A DNA stretch of 63,942 nucleotides, counting the filler, from Collodictyon triciliatum (taxonomy: Eukaryota): assembly GCA_043381765.1 (NCBI GenBank). It is 4 parts of 4 records of this genome, joined end to end, with 100 filler letters (N's around TTAATTAATTAA, not from the genome) between each part and the next. Parts side by side here need not be neighbours in the genome. Positions count along the whole stretch, not along the records: positions 20,648 to 37,807 come from JBHJMP010001231.1; positions 37,908 to 58,447 come from JBHJMP010001232.1; 2 more parts are not named here. The stretch is one strand, 5' to 3'. A program made the translations under genes and the position numbers. Below are positions 36,901 through 49,394 of this stretch, piece after piece (the first letter of the stretch is position 1; each line of letters opens with the position of its first letter). The notes beneath the pieces are model-generated. The model was given only the letters and a program-made list of their open reading frames with translations. It ran no database searches and was not told the DNA's origin.

Positions 36901-37680
36901 TTCATAGGCCATATTCTAATGCACATACTCTTAACATAACGAATACGTATCGATACTTGAATGATGATGGACATGATTAAACTTAAAGAAAGATTTGTTA
37001 TTGCCTAAGGCATAAATATAATCGTAGGTTAAAGTCGACTATATTGAGTGTGAAAATGGAAGTCGTGTACAGTGCTGCTTGAAAATACCGAACTATTTGA
37101 CGAAAACACACTTGCCCCAGGTTACCAAGCTCAATTTTATTTGAACTTGACTATGAGCCGTCGTGCTTAAATAATTCCATATTTTAAAAAAGTTGTGCAG
37201 AATAAAATTGTTTAGCAGATTACAATCTTAAAACAAATAAAAATGTCTTTTTTTCACAAGATTTTATAATTAGGATATGTCACCAAAGCCAACATCTTCA
37301 CCATCTTGCACAAAATTGAAAGGAAGAATAAAAAAAAATTAGGATATGTCAATAATTGCTCACGGATGCAGCCGACTTGAGGTATGCTTCATGGATGACT
37401 GTGCAGATCTGCTACATAACATGTAAGATTAGCAGTGGGTGGCAGTTTGTAACATCGCTAGTTACCGTTTTATTCCAGCCTTTTCTAGTGTCAAATATTG
37501 ATAAATGCTACAATAGTATAATTATCATTTTTGAATATAGGATGGCGATAAGGTATATTAACGGATTTTATCGAGATATTATGTTATGACTGAATAGCTA
37601 TAAACCCAAATCATTACTTCAATAAAAGCATAACAGAAAGTGTAGATGAGCAAAGAAGAGCGAGAAAATGAGAAACAATA

Positions 37681-37807
37681 TATATAAAATAAAATATAAA
37701 ACAATAAAAAAACAATAAAAAACAATAAAAAAACAATAAAAAACAATAAAAAACAATAAAAAACAATAAAAAACAATAAAAAACAATAAAAAAAAAAAAA
37801 AAAAAAA
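37681..37807. repeat. (AAAAAACAAT)n repeat and poly-A at the contig end
   Basis: Directly visible. Confidence 0.9.
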
Positions 37808-37907
37808 NNNNNNNNNNNNNNNNNNNNNNNNNNNNNNNNNNNNNNNNNNNNTTAATTAATTAANNNNNNNNNNNNNNNNNNNNNNNNNNNNNNNNNNNNN
37901 NNNNNNN
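37808..37907. other. Artificial contig spacer
   Basis: N44-TTAATTAATTAA-N44. Confidence 0.97.
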
Positions 37908-38036
37908 CCTCTCCCCACCCCCCTCCTCTCCTCCTCTTACCCCCCCCCCCCCCCCCCCATTTATGTGATATCTGAATAGCAAAGCACATCTGATTCTAAT
38001 CATTTATTGCTCGTGCCTTCATCTGCGCGACAACAG

Positions 38037-40762
38037 GTGGAGTGGCCGTGCTTAAGCTTTGATATCATCCGTGACAATCTTGGGAGCATCAGAACTTCGG
38101 TCTCCTTTTCCTTGCGCATTTCCCTCTTTCCTCCTCTTCATCAAGATTGGCACCAACACGTGTCTTCTTTCATATGGATATATATACAAGAAATTCATCC
38201 ATTTCTAGCGCTGAGAGTCCCCTAGTCCCCAGTTAGCCTTGGAAAGCCTATTTACAAGAAAAAAAAATACACAATCTATCATTCGTTCATCACCTCTGAG
38301 ATAGCCTAGAAATATTGACAATTATTCAATCCCACAGTTTCCAGCCACCATGTTTCTTGTTGCCGGAACACAAGCCGATCGTCCGAACCTCAACAAAATT
38401 CTTGTCATGAAGCTATCCGAACTTCACCGAACAAAGTACGATGGAGAGAACGAGGGTAAAAAAGAAAACGAAAGGAAAAACCTCAACATTACAAACAGAA
38501 AAGTTTCGCCCGTGACACGATAAGATGCATCACGGATTCTGGAAGCCTGATTACTTGTCAATATTGAATCAGCAGTCCAATTTATAGTCAATTATGCATA
38601 ATCTTATCACGCTCCTTTGCTTGTATCTGTTTATCACCCCTTACTCTCATCGTATATGTGAAACTAAGGCCCTTTTTTTTCTTTTGATTTGTGTTTTTAA
38701 AGAGTCTGGAAGTGATAATAGTGAAGACTTGGATGATGACCCTATCATCGAATCGCGCACTTTCTCCCACCGTGGTGGAGTGAATCGCATCCGCGTATGT
38801 ATCCAATTTCAAATAAAGACATTCCACCACCATCTCCTTGCATAACCGGACCACTATGCCTTGTATCATCTCATAGTGCATGCCGCAAAATCCGCACATC
38901 GTGGCCACTTGGGCAGACCAGCCAGCTGCAGTCCACATTTGGGACATCTCCTCCGATCTCCGTGCTTTGGAGCGACCTGAAATCCATCGCCCGTCAAAAA
39001 CAAAGCCAATTATCACGTTCAAAGGTATATGGCTTACTCTTTGTTTAAAAATCAGCCTGTCCCCTTTAATTTGTAATTTTATATATGAAGATGGGCTATT
39101 TTTTCCGCAATGGATCCTTCTGAAGACTCTAGTATATTCGTGCCCCATTTTATAGTTATTATTTTGACAATTTTTTTGCCGCCCAGATTTATCATTGGGC
39201 AATTGTATTCCTACACCCCACTCATTCAATTTCATCAGCAAAAGTCCTCATAAATGATTGTTGTTGAACACACAGGGCATACAACAGAGGGTTATGGAAT
39301 GGATTGGTCTCCCATAACGGCTGGACGGTGAGGATTGTATTTATTTACAACAATAAACGTTTCTCTCTCTCTCTCACTGATATGGATATTACATGTTTAA
39401 TCTATATAAATATTACCCATATTATGCGTATTCAGATTAGAAATTGATAAACCAGGAATCACCAACATTATGCAAATGTATATTTAGAATGCTCACGGGC
39501 GACTGTCAGAAGTTCATTTACCTATGGAATCCCACAGATGGCAATTGGGTTGTGGACAAGATGCCCTTCACAGGCCACACAGCCTCTGTGGAGGATATTC
39601 AATGGAGCGCATCTGTTCCGGACGTTAGTCTATTTCTACTGACCTAACACACATTATAATGCTCTCTTATGCAACCGTCAATTTTTTTTTCCCATTCATC
39701 ATATGTATGTGAGAGGAACCTACCGATATATACATTCATAATATCAGGCGAAGCAAATAGTACACCATCAAATTATTTACCCACATCAAAGGTATTCGCA
39801 TCCTGCTCAGCAGATTGCACCGTCAAAGTGTGGGATGCACGAGGCAAACGCGCGCCAGTACTCAGTGTCAATGCACACGAGGCTGATGTGAATGTGATTT
39901 CGTGGAAAAAGTATATACTGGTTTTATGCATATTTGTTATCACATGGAAACAATTCACATATGGGGTTCTTTCTTTTTCTCTTATCTTTTAAAAGAGAGA
40001 GAGACACCAAAGCCACCAAAACTACCTAAACTATCTTCAGAAACAATGCGTTTTCATTCAATACACACCAATGCGTCCTCCACTAATGAACGCATCATGC
40101 TGCCTGGTGGACTTTCACGAATTCCTGAGTCTTTCCATGATCTCTATTCACGCACACCTTGCCATTTACCAAAGAGCCGGCAACGACGACCTACTGGTTT
40201 CCGGAAGCGACGACGGCTCGTTCAGAATCTGGGACCTGCGCAACTTCGTCGAGTGCGACCATTTTTTCCTCCTCTTTTCATTCTACCTTTGCCTCTGTCT
40301 CGCATCTGCGATGGCAACGCGAAGCCACACATCTGCTTACGCACCTCCACACGCAGCCCGACCGCACACTTCAAGTGGCACACGAAGGCCATCACGTCTG
40401 TCTCGTGGCATCCGTTCGACGACTCTGTCCTTGCCGTGTCTGGGGCAGACAACCAGATCACAATATGGGACTTGGCCGTGGAGGAGGATGTTGGTGAGCC
40501 AAGCAGCCGCCCGCAGCAGGCCGAGGACGCCCAAGTCCCGCCCCAGCTGATGTTTATCCACCAGGTTTGTCTCGCACGCTGAGCCCCGGCTTCTACGTCC
40601 ACACCCACACCCACACCCACACTCACACTCACTCACACGCGTATTGCGCCACAGGGCCAGCAGGAGATCAAGGAGATCAGGTGGCACCCGCAGGTCTCTG
40701 GCGCACTGGTCAGCACCGCTGCAGACGGATTCAACATATTTAAGCCCGAAAACATCAAATAA
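38037..40762 (+). CDS. GRWD1: Glutamate-rich WD40 protein 1 / Rrb1 (ribosome assembly); 5' partial
   Basis: [86 protein letters not shown]...[12 protein letters not shown]. Confidence 0.95.
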
Positions 40763-41008
40763 AGTATTCATACCCCGCAGAACAAGGGCGGCGGACGAGG
40801 CAGACAACACACCTCAACAAAAAGATAGCCCTGTGCGTTTGTGTTATGCGTGCGTATGTGCTGTGTGTGTGTCTTTGGCGATGCAGATTCCTCGGCAGGC
40901 GTTTGCAGAAACAGAAACAAAAACCAGTAAAATCCTTGACCCAGCCAAACGCAGGGCCGATCCTCCGGCAGACCTCCCTCGTCGTCAAGCCAACAGAGCG
41001 GCGCCTAG

Positions 41009-41153
41009 ATGAGTGAGTGGCAGCTGTTCAAGGAGTCCTTTGAGGACGCAAAAGCCAACCGCGAAGATGCTGGGAAATTGTCTTTGGTCTCTCGCTGCTT
41101 CCAGCGTTTCCATGAGTCGGTCAGGACAGCTTCTTCGTTTTGTCGTTTCTTTC

Positions 41154-41184
<31 letters not shown>

Positions 41185-41839
41185 ATAAATCAGGAAAAAC
41201 AACAAAAATCACGACCAATTTATATGTTTGTGACGTTGGAGCTTATGGATCATTTAGAGTTCTATGATTAACGGACATGTGCCAAAGTCCCAACCAAACA
41301 TAATGTTCACGAAACGGTTCATAGGTTAATGTGCAAGACTTCAATCTGGATATTATTGATCTAATCTGTGATGGATTCTACTCTGAAGACGAGAAGTCTC
41401 TCTGGGATGAGCTATGCCGTTCGGTATGTTACATCAGTGAGCGTGTAGCTGGGCGATGCAGTAACGCACTCGCAAAATAGCGTATCTCTTTGACTTCATA
41501 TGAAACGTATATACGTCCACCATCTAATTCTGTAATTGTCGCTTTCAATTATAGACATTTTTGTGAATGATTATTCATGCATGTTTTCTAAAATGATATT
41601 GGATATTATACTGATGAGCAATGTGCAGATTCTTTGGCAAATATTCAAAGCGAGTAATCCCCGAGAAAATATCATGGAACTCCAACTTCACTTATCACAA
41701 GTTGATCACCCTTCAAAAATTAGATTCATTATCGAATCAATTACAGAAGGTTGTTTAATATATTTTATTTTCAACACCATTCAATGCGTCTCGTCCATTT
41801 ATTCCACCACATGATTTTGTTGTTCGTTTGTGTCTTCTT

Positions 41840-41918
<79 letters not shown>

Positions 41919-43278
41919 TTGTTTTCGTTTCACTGGAATCATTCAACCAAAACTAATTTTATATCTATATTCAAACATGTAGCAATACCGAAGCTCCACA
42001 AGAAAGGAGCTGTTTTATTTGAAATTTTAGCTCTGATAACGAAGTTAATCATACGCGATGGCTCGGATGGAACATCACCCACAGAATGGGGATTCCACGT
42101 GCTTTCCTTGGTCGATGCTATCAATAATAGTCTCGTAAGAATCTGTATCTTCCCATGCAATACTATATATACCTACTGATCGGCACCTTCTTTCGAAATG
42201 TTTACGCATTAGATTCGTAAGCAAAACATACTTTGAGTATAGCGAATAATATTTTGAACAAGACATCAAATAAGACGATAGAATCCCTTATTATTCAGGC
42301 ATTCTTGGATTATATATATGTACATTACTGAAATGCAAATAATTTTTAGGCTTTAACGGCCACAGAGGAAGAAACGATTCGGTTCTTTATGTTTCATTTA
42401 ACAGCAGAGCTCATAGTGAATCATGCATCCTTGGAGAATGAAAGTCGGTTTATCAATTTATATCAGGTTTTCCCCCAGATAGATACCTCATAATATTTTA
42501 ATTTGTATATATATCCTCGAAACTACTTTGAATCGAGTAAAGGAAAAAAATATCCTTGAAATTTATACAGGCTTGCACAGTCTTTCATTATTTAAATGGA
42601 TTTCAACACCCATTATCGCTCGCTTAAAATTTCTCATATTATGTAAAACATGAACTATAGAAACTAATGTCGCCATGTGTACAAAACATTTGGAGTTTGA
42701 TTACATCCCATGTCGCAGATTGCTTTTCAATCGATCCATTCCGAAGCATATCACATTCTTCTTTTCTTAACTGCGAAGGGGATAACTCCATGATTGAATT
42801 TTGCCAAATCCCTCTGAATGGAATATCTGGAATTGTCTACTTGCACATGCCTGATGAAATAATATTTGGAAAGTTCCCAAGTCCGCTTAGCAACCATCAT
42901 GTGTTCTATTCATTGTTACCTTATTCCCACAACCTTTTAGGAAGGTTTGCTGTTTACTATTGACATTAGATTTAAAAAAATACACTTCCTCTATCATTTG
43001 ATAATATATATGTGCACTTCCCTTCCCCTTCCTCTTCCCCTTTTATATTTGTCCGTGGGTTTTTTACTCTGATTTACTTTCTAATTCTCCCGCAGGAGAA
43101 ATTTTAATGCAAGAGCCAAAGGATTGGCCATCTTAAGAAAGATGGTTTCAAGTTTCTCAGAGGCATCGCACACTCGCATTTATTATCACAACGAATCCAT
43201 TTGCAAGGTCTTAACGGTAATGTTTTCATACTAAAGTAACCAGAAACGGTTGATTTTTTTATTAACTTTTATGTTTGA

Positions 43279-43346
<68 letters not shown>

Positions 43347-44030
43347 ATCCAAACCAAGGAACTTTGCAAGTTTATGACAGAATGCCACGTTGGCGAAATG
43401 CGAAGAGACAGCCATAGAGTTCTATTAGCAGCGCTGTCAATTTACACAGTCGCATGCAGATTCCAGATCATTCGCTACTTAATCGTAAATGTAAAGCATG
43501 ACATTATTCACGCAATATTGTGGCACCAAATCAAAGAGGAAATCAGACATGCTTTAAGAAATGAAAGAGAGGCTCTTGATTTGACAAAGAGTTGGGCTAT
43601 TCAAGTGTTCAAAAACCAAGTGGATGAACTTCTTAAAGAAGATAGTCTTGTTGACTCGATTGAAACTGCATTGGGGCTGATGAATTGTTTGCGATTTGTC
43701 ATCATAGCTGACCGAAGCGATGTGCTCCGTCTCAAATCCAGTGGATTTGTGTCAGAATTGAAATCCTCTGTATTAAGACAGCTTCGAAGCAAAGTGGAGA
43801 CTAACTTAGCAAACACAAGACTAGCAATCCAGGCAAAGACAGGAGTTACAACTATCGAAACGAAGCAAATCAGCACTCCAGAGAACTCACTATCGCAAGA
43901 CCAATTAGAGTCCGATCAAATCCAACTCATGAAGCAGCAGTGCTATCAATTGGAAATACTGGAAGAGGTTTTAGATAGACTATTAGAGTCTGTTATAATG
44001 CTATCTGAAGATGCAGTTACACGATTGTGA
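41009..44030 (+). CDS. Glomulin/ALF4/Ybp1-like helical protein (multi-exon)
   Basis: MSEWQLFK...FHES|VNVQDF...; KASNPRENIMEL; FMTECHVGEMRRDSHRVLL...RFQIIRYLI...AILWHQIKEEI; ALGLMNCLRFVIIAD. These resemble glomulin/ALF4 conserved blocks. Confidence 0.6.
41838..41919. repeat. (TTTA)n intronic microsatellite
   Basis: Directly visible. Confidence 0.95.
43279..43345. repeat. (AAT)n intronic microsatellite
   Basis: Directly visible. Confidence 0.95.
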
Positions 44031-45090
44031 GAAATGCGCCCATCAAAGAATGAAGAACAGAAAAAGTGGGAAATAGAAGGAAGAAAATAGGGGGAAAAGT
44101 ATGGGATAATTGCTGATGCCAAGGAGGTTTAGTACGGAGTTATATCGCCATTTCGTAATGCCAGCGTACTATCGGGGAATATCTCTACTTTTGTCCATTT
44201 TTTTCGATTCCATTGTTCCCTCTACAAATGACTCTTTTAAAATAAAATAAAGTAGCTTATCACATACTCACCCATTCATACCAATCGACATGATTTGCAA
44301 AAAAAAGCGGGGAGATGAAAATGATGCTAAACATTTCTAAGCTTCAAGTATCACTTTATTTTTTGAGTGGCACACACGAACTATGGATGCCCTTTTTTCG
44401 TGTCAGTCTGCCGTGTATTGTCATGGGGATAGAGGGCATCCATACTGCATCCTCCTGTTATACTCTCATCCTGGCTGAAGTTTCGGGCATTCGCGCACGT
44501 AGAAGAAAAATGCATTTTGCTCTACCAATCAGAACATTTCTTCATGTGAACGAAGCGTAAAAAAACTGTGTTCGTTGTGGCTGGTCTCGACTTGTGGCTC
44601 CCTTGCGCTGTCATCCACATATGGTTGTGTGTTTGCTTCGCTGCTTTTCTGCCAACCCAATCCGCGGTGCAAATCGTCGAATACTCAAAAGAGGAAATAC
44701 CGTTGAAATATTCATAACACTGCCATAGAATCATAAATTATCTGAATATTCGTAAAAATTGAACATATTTGGAAAACCATCGCAGGGTTTCAGTTCTGTG
44801 TGGACGACTCGCTGCTCCTGTGACAGTGGCCCAAAACAAAGACAAACACTAACCCAAAAACAAACGCTAACTCAAAATCAAACTGAAGCACAAACACAAA
44901 GACAAAGACAAACTCAAAAACAAAGACAAACGGAGGCTACGCTTTCCACCTCGCCCGCAATCGCATCCCTACAAAAGGGGCACCGATCTGACCGACCACG
45001 GAAAAGAAGCAGAAAGAGGGAGCAACAAGGAGCGACGCAAAGAGACCGACGGAGAGCGAGGAAGCCGCAGGCGCAGGGGCACGAGTCTGA

Positions 45091-46055
45091 ATGGGTTGCG
45101 TGCAGTCCAAAGTGACGCACGTCCAGGTATGCCCGCCCCTTCCTTGCCTTCGTCTTTGCCTTTGCCTTTGCCTTTGCCTTTGCCTTCACCTGAAAGCCGC
45201 CTCCTGCCCGCCACCCGACGCAGATCGTCCCCGACAAGAGCGCGCCGGTTGTTCTTGGCCGCACGGACCCGCCCACACGCGCCAGCGACAAGCAGCTGGA
45301 GAAGGACCGTGCCCAGCCAGCAGAGACGCCTGCCACGGACGAATCCCGTAAGCGCCCTGCACACCCCCTGCTTTCTCGCCTCTCGTTCCTGACGCGTCCT
45401 CCGCACAACTCGCTCATCCATGCCTTATCCAGCAGCACAGCGACCCGCCAACGAGCCGCGAAAGGTAAGCATCCCTCTCCGGCCCACCGTGGCCAATGCC
45501 GCGCCCTCTGACCAGGCCTCCGGGCGACCGAGTAACCGGGCAACTCCGTCTGTGCAGGTGCAGGTCCAGACCACAGACGCCATCACAAACGTCGTCAACA
45601 CCGACGTGGTGCTCAACCGCAGGACGGAGATGGGCGCACCAGATGCAATAACAGACCCACCAGATGCAATAGCAGATGTACCAGATGCAATAACAGACCC
45701 ACCAGATGCAATACCAGACGTACCAGATGCCGTAACAGACGTACCATTCGCCGTGGACCAGGCGCAGGACACCGACGCGGCTGCCAAACTGCAGGCGGCT
45801 TTGCGGGCGCAGCTTGCACGCAGACACACGCAGTCGTCGTACGGCAGCCCGCGGGTGCAGACTGTGGCGGGGCGGACGCGCAGCGTGTCGAGCGGGGGCA
45901 GCGCCGCAAAGATGTCGCCGAAGCCGTCGCTGCATCTCGTGCCCACCTCGCCCTTTGTCTCTGCGCTCGGGCGCCACGGGACCAACGCCAGCAACGCCAC
46001 AGACACCTCCGCAAAGGCCTCCGACGCAGAGAGCATCCTCACCGACAGAGGCTGA
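45091..46055 (+). CDS. ~260-aa disordered protein with an N-terminal MGCVQS acylation motif, 7-aa repeats and an IQ-like motif
   Basis: Exons 45091-45126, 45224-45347 and 45433-46055 splice in phase (GTATGC/CAG, GTAAGC/CAG). Contains PDA(I/V)xD(P/V) x5 and DAAAKLQAALRAQLARR. Confidence 0.7.
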
Positions 46056-46100
46056 CGCGCTCCTTTCCGCCTCGGGCGCGTCTGTGTTGGCCTACTGCAT

Positions 46101-46227
46101 GTTTGCTTTTGTTTGCTTTTGTTTGCTTTTGTTTGCTTTTGTTTGTTTTTGTTTGTTTTTGTTTGCTTTTGTTTGCTTTTGTTTGCTTTTGTTTGCTTTT
46201 GTTTGCTTTTGTTTGCTTTTGTTTGCT
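46101..46227. repeat. (GTTTGCTTTT)n repeat
   Basis: Directly visible. Confidence 0.95.
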
Positions 46228-46674
46228 TGCTAAAAGGCCAACTCAGTGCATCGGGCTTGACTGGCAATGCCCCGGCCTATTCGGGTGCGCCCTGGGTTTG
46301 TCAGAGAGCTTGTTTCCTCTCTCCTGGTATCAGTACATTATTTTCTTTGTATTTGTCCTCCCTTCGCATTCGCACCAGCCAGTTGTGGAGCTTACTTTCT
46401 ATGCTTTCTCCTTGTAACGTCACACAACGTAATAAATCATGTCTGAAAAGCCCATGCACTGTGGGTTTGCCCGTTGTCTGGTCAATGCCAGACTTGCACA
46501 GATGGTATTGGGTTGCACACGCAAGATGAGTGCATAGGAAGCTGTGGCCAGGAGACTAGAAATGGATTGTGTGATGCAATATATATTTTCTGAATTTGTG
46601 TGTTCGGGTTGGGAGCGCAATCAGGTATCGAAGCGTGAGTTGTCGAGGATAGTTTAGTCTGAGTTTCATGCCTG

Positions 46675-48781
46675 TTATTCGGCTACGTTTGCTTCCTTCT
46701 CTGGTATATTTTGCCTCCAAACAAATTCCTCCTGTTGCAGGCAGTGTGTAAGGATAAATTAATTACAATAATCAAAAAGGTAGAAACATAGACCAGAAAA
46801 AAAAAAAAGAAAGGAAAACTGTTTGTCGGAAACTGTAGATTCGGGTGCGCAGCTTACCACATATCCGCTTATCTCGCAAGACTTGCTGCAAGAGTATATC
46901 ACTACCGTACCCCAGTCAAGCATTTTCTCAGGATTTTGTTCTCCCTTTTGAAGGAAGTACAACAGTTGTGGGAGAATCTGAAACTCAAACTGCCGTGGAC
47001 TGTGGCATCGCTGACATTCTGGGACGTCCTTCTGGTCGATGCAATCGTTTGCACAAACCCATGACGGGCCAGCGTCTTTAAATCGACCATACCTGCGCAG
47101 CAGATTCAACTTTTTGTTTCAGTGGCATGTATACATATATAGCTGAGAGTCATAGAAAAAAAAAAGGGCTACTTATTTTTTCCTTGGCTTTTTCCTGTAA
47201 ACTTTTTATATATTTATTTTTCTGAGGTAAAGCACAAATTCAATGGTGGCTGCATAAAGGAACATAGCATTTCCATTCCAATAATATATACAATACCTAA
47301 TACATTGTTCCGGGTTCGCAGAAATGAGCTTTTGGAAGCGAGCAAATACTTTGTCCTTTGTGCTTTCACCCATCCGCGCTGCAGTCTCCTCCAATTCCCT
47401 TTCCTCCTCCTCGGTCATCTGTGGTGTTGATTCACTGTAGCTCTGCTGCAACTCATCCTCAACAACACTAGTATGTGTGCGCATGATAGAAAGCGGCTCC
47501 TCGGGTTCTGTCAGAATTTCAAATTGTCTGAACAGAAACGGATTATGTGCTATTTCTATTGATTGAGATTGTCCATGAGTTTGTGTCTGTGTACAGGAAG
47601 CTTTGTGTCCATTAGCCCAATGAAAGCGTTGGTGTTCTGCGCTGCAGTATCGAGTGGATTTGCATCGCCCGCACAAGAATGTTGCTTTGCAACCGCATAT
47701 GGGACACAAGTGAACACCTACGAGGATATGAGTGACATGTCTTCAAAGCAGCAAGGTCAAGAAAATGCATAAGTCCGGGAAAAAAATCCTATTATAATTG
47801 AAAAAGGGCATATGTATTACTGTGAGCCTTTTGAATGGGCACTGTCAAATCTTCTGGATTGGTTTCGGATGTCGAATCGATAGGTTTGTCGGGATAATAT
47901 GGGTTCAAAAGGGGCAGTTGCGACCGATAAGCACGAAAACTGTAGCGAAGAGGAGTATGCGATTTAAAAATTGTTGTATAATAGCAATAAATATGGATTA
48001 TTGCAAAATTGATTGTCTGAGGAATATTTTAAAAAAATTAACAAAACAAAACAAAACAAAACAAAACAAAACAAAACAAAACAAAACAAAACAAAACAAA
48101 ACAAAACAAAACAAAACAAAACAAAACAAAACAAAAAGCAATCTAATTATGTAAAGGTAAACCAATACGAATAGTAAATTGTATAATTTGGATATATTGT
48201 GCTTTTTATCTTTACCCAGAAGAATCGATATTGCATTTTTCATCCTTGCAACAAAAGATAAAAATGGAACGGTGGAATGAATATGCAAACTCTTCAAAGG
48301 GAGCGTATAGCTGCTCACGATTCGCAAAGAACAAATTTAAACATTATATGAGTAAAAGTATCTGAAAAGGTTTGAGTGGAAAGGTAACAAATAAATAAAA
48401 TCATAACTATACATAATGAAATGTGCATTCATTCGATTTTCAAAACAATCACATCGCAGACACATACTTGTAGAAGGAAAGACATCGGCTTCGTGCATTT
48501 CTGACATTTTAGAGAATCGGACGAAGGTAGATTGATGGGGTCGAGCCACGCCTGATATCAAAGGAATTGGGAGACAGAAAAGGAAAGAAAAAAAGAAAAA
48601 AAGAAAAAAAGAAAAAAAGAAAAAAAGAAAAAAGAAAAAGAAGAAAAAGAAAAGAAAAAAAAGAAAAAAAAGAAAAAAAAGAAAAAAAGAAAAAAAGAAA
48701 AAAAGAAAAAAGAAAAAAGAAAAAAGAAAAAAAGAAAAAAGAAAAGAAAAGAAAAGAAAAGAAAAGAAAAGAAAAGAAAAG

Positions 48782-48814
<33 letters not shown>

Positions 48815-49100
48815 GAAAAGAATAGAATCATATGTTGCTGTATTCATTATTTTGTATAAGCTTGCATTTTAGCCCACCGGAGTTCCTCCAACTTTCGAGG
48901 GAAAATACATGGAAGTAAGCCGTGCGCCAAGGCTCGCATCCTCTAGGAACCCCAGCAAGTATGTCTGCAAGGCAAAAGAAAAGAGAAAGCCAGTTATGCG
49001 TTGTCCTTTCAATGCTGCTCCACTTCCACAGAAATAAAGGCAGAAAAAAAAACTGAAAAAAGAAAGTGTTTACCTCTTCACAGTCGTCAGTTGTGCTCAT
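46675..49100 (-). CDS. PDCD2: Programmed cell death protein 2 (MYND zinc finger + PDCD2_C)
   Basis: YFPSKVGGTP|AWLDP...CQKCTKPMSFLLQ|LYAP...FHRSIFIFCC; CPICGCKATFLCGRCKSTRYCSAEHQRFHW; RQFEFQILPQLL; LDWGTVVIYSCSKSC; EEFVWRQ...*. Confidence 0.95.
48038..48135. repeat. (AAAAC)n intronic microsatellite
   Basis: Directly visible. Confidence 0.95.
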
Positions 49101-49394
49101 CTCTCCTTGCGCGAGCTATAAAGAAAGTCTGGCAAGTCGCGTAAACCGAAGGGAAGCTTATCATCCGAGAAAGCCATTTTTATTTTTTTGCGGGGATAGG
49201 AGGAAGAAAAAAAGAATAAAAAAAAAAAATGAGCGGCAGACGACCTTCTCGCTGTGTCCAAACTCGACCAGCCTCTCTTGCTTGACTATCGAGGCTTTCA
49301 CAGTCGAATAGAAATGAAACCAAATGCCACACGAAAACAAATGCGAGGTGTGTACTTTGCGGCCACATATGATGCAGATTTATAGGTGTGCTGC

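Noticed and set aside
34270-37200. Scattered exon-like blocks with AG/GT borders, possibly a transposon or pseudogene
   Set aside because: Stops in all frames and no RT, integrase, transposase or helicase motif; left unannotated.
19502-48872. Many ORF-track entries rich in K/E/R, F/L/S or I
   Set aside because: They are translations of microsatellites ((AAT)n, (CTTT)n, (GAAAA)n, (AAAAC)n, (TTTCATCTC)n) or antisense shadows of real exons.
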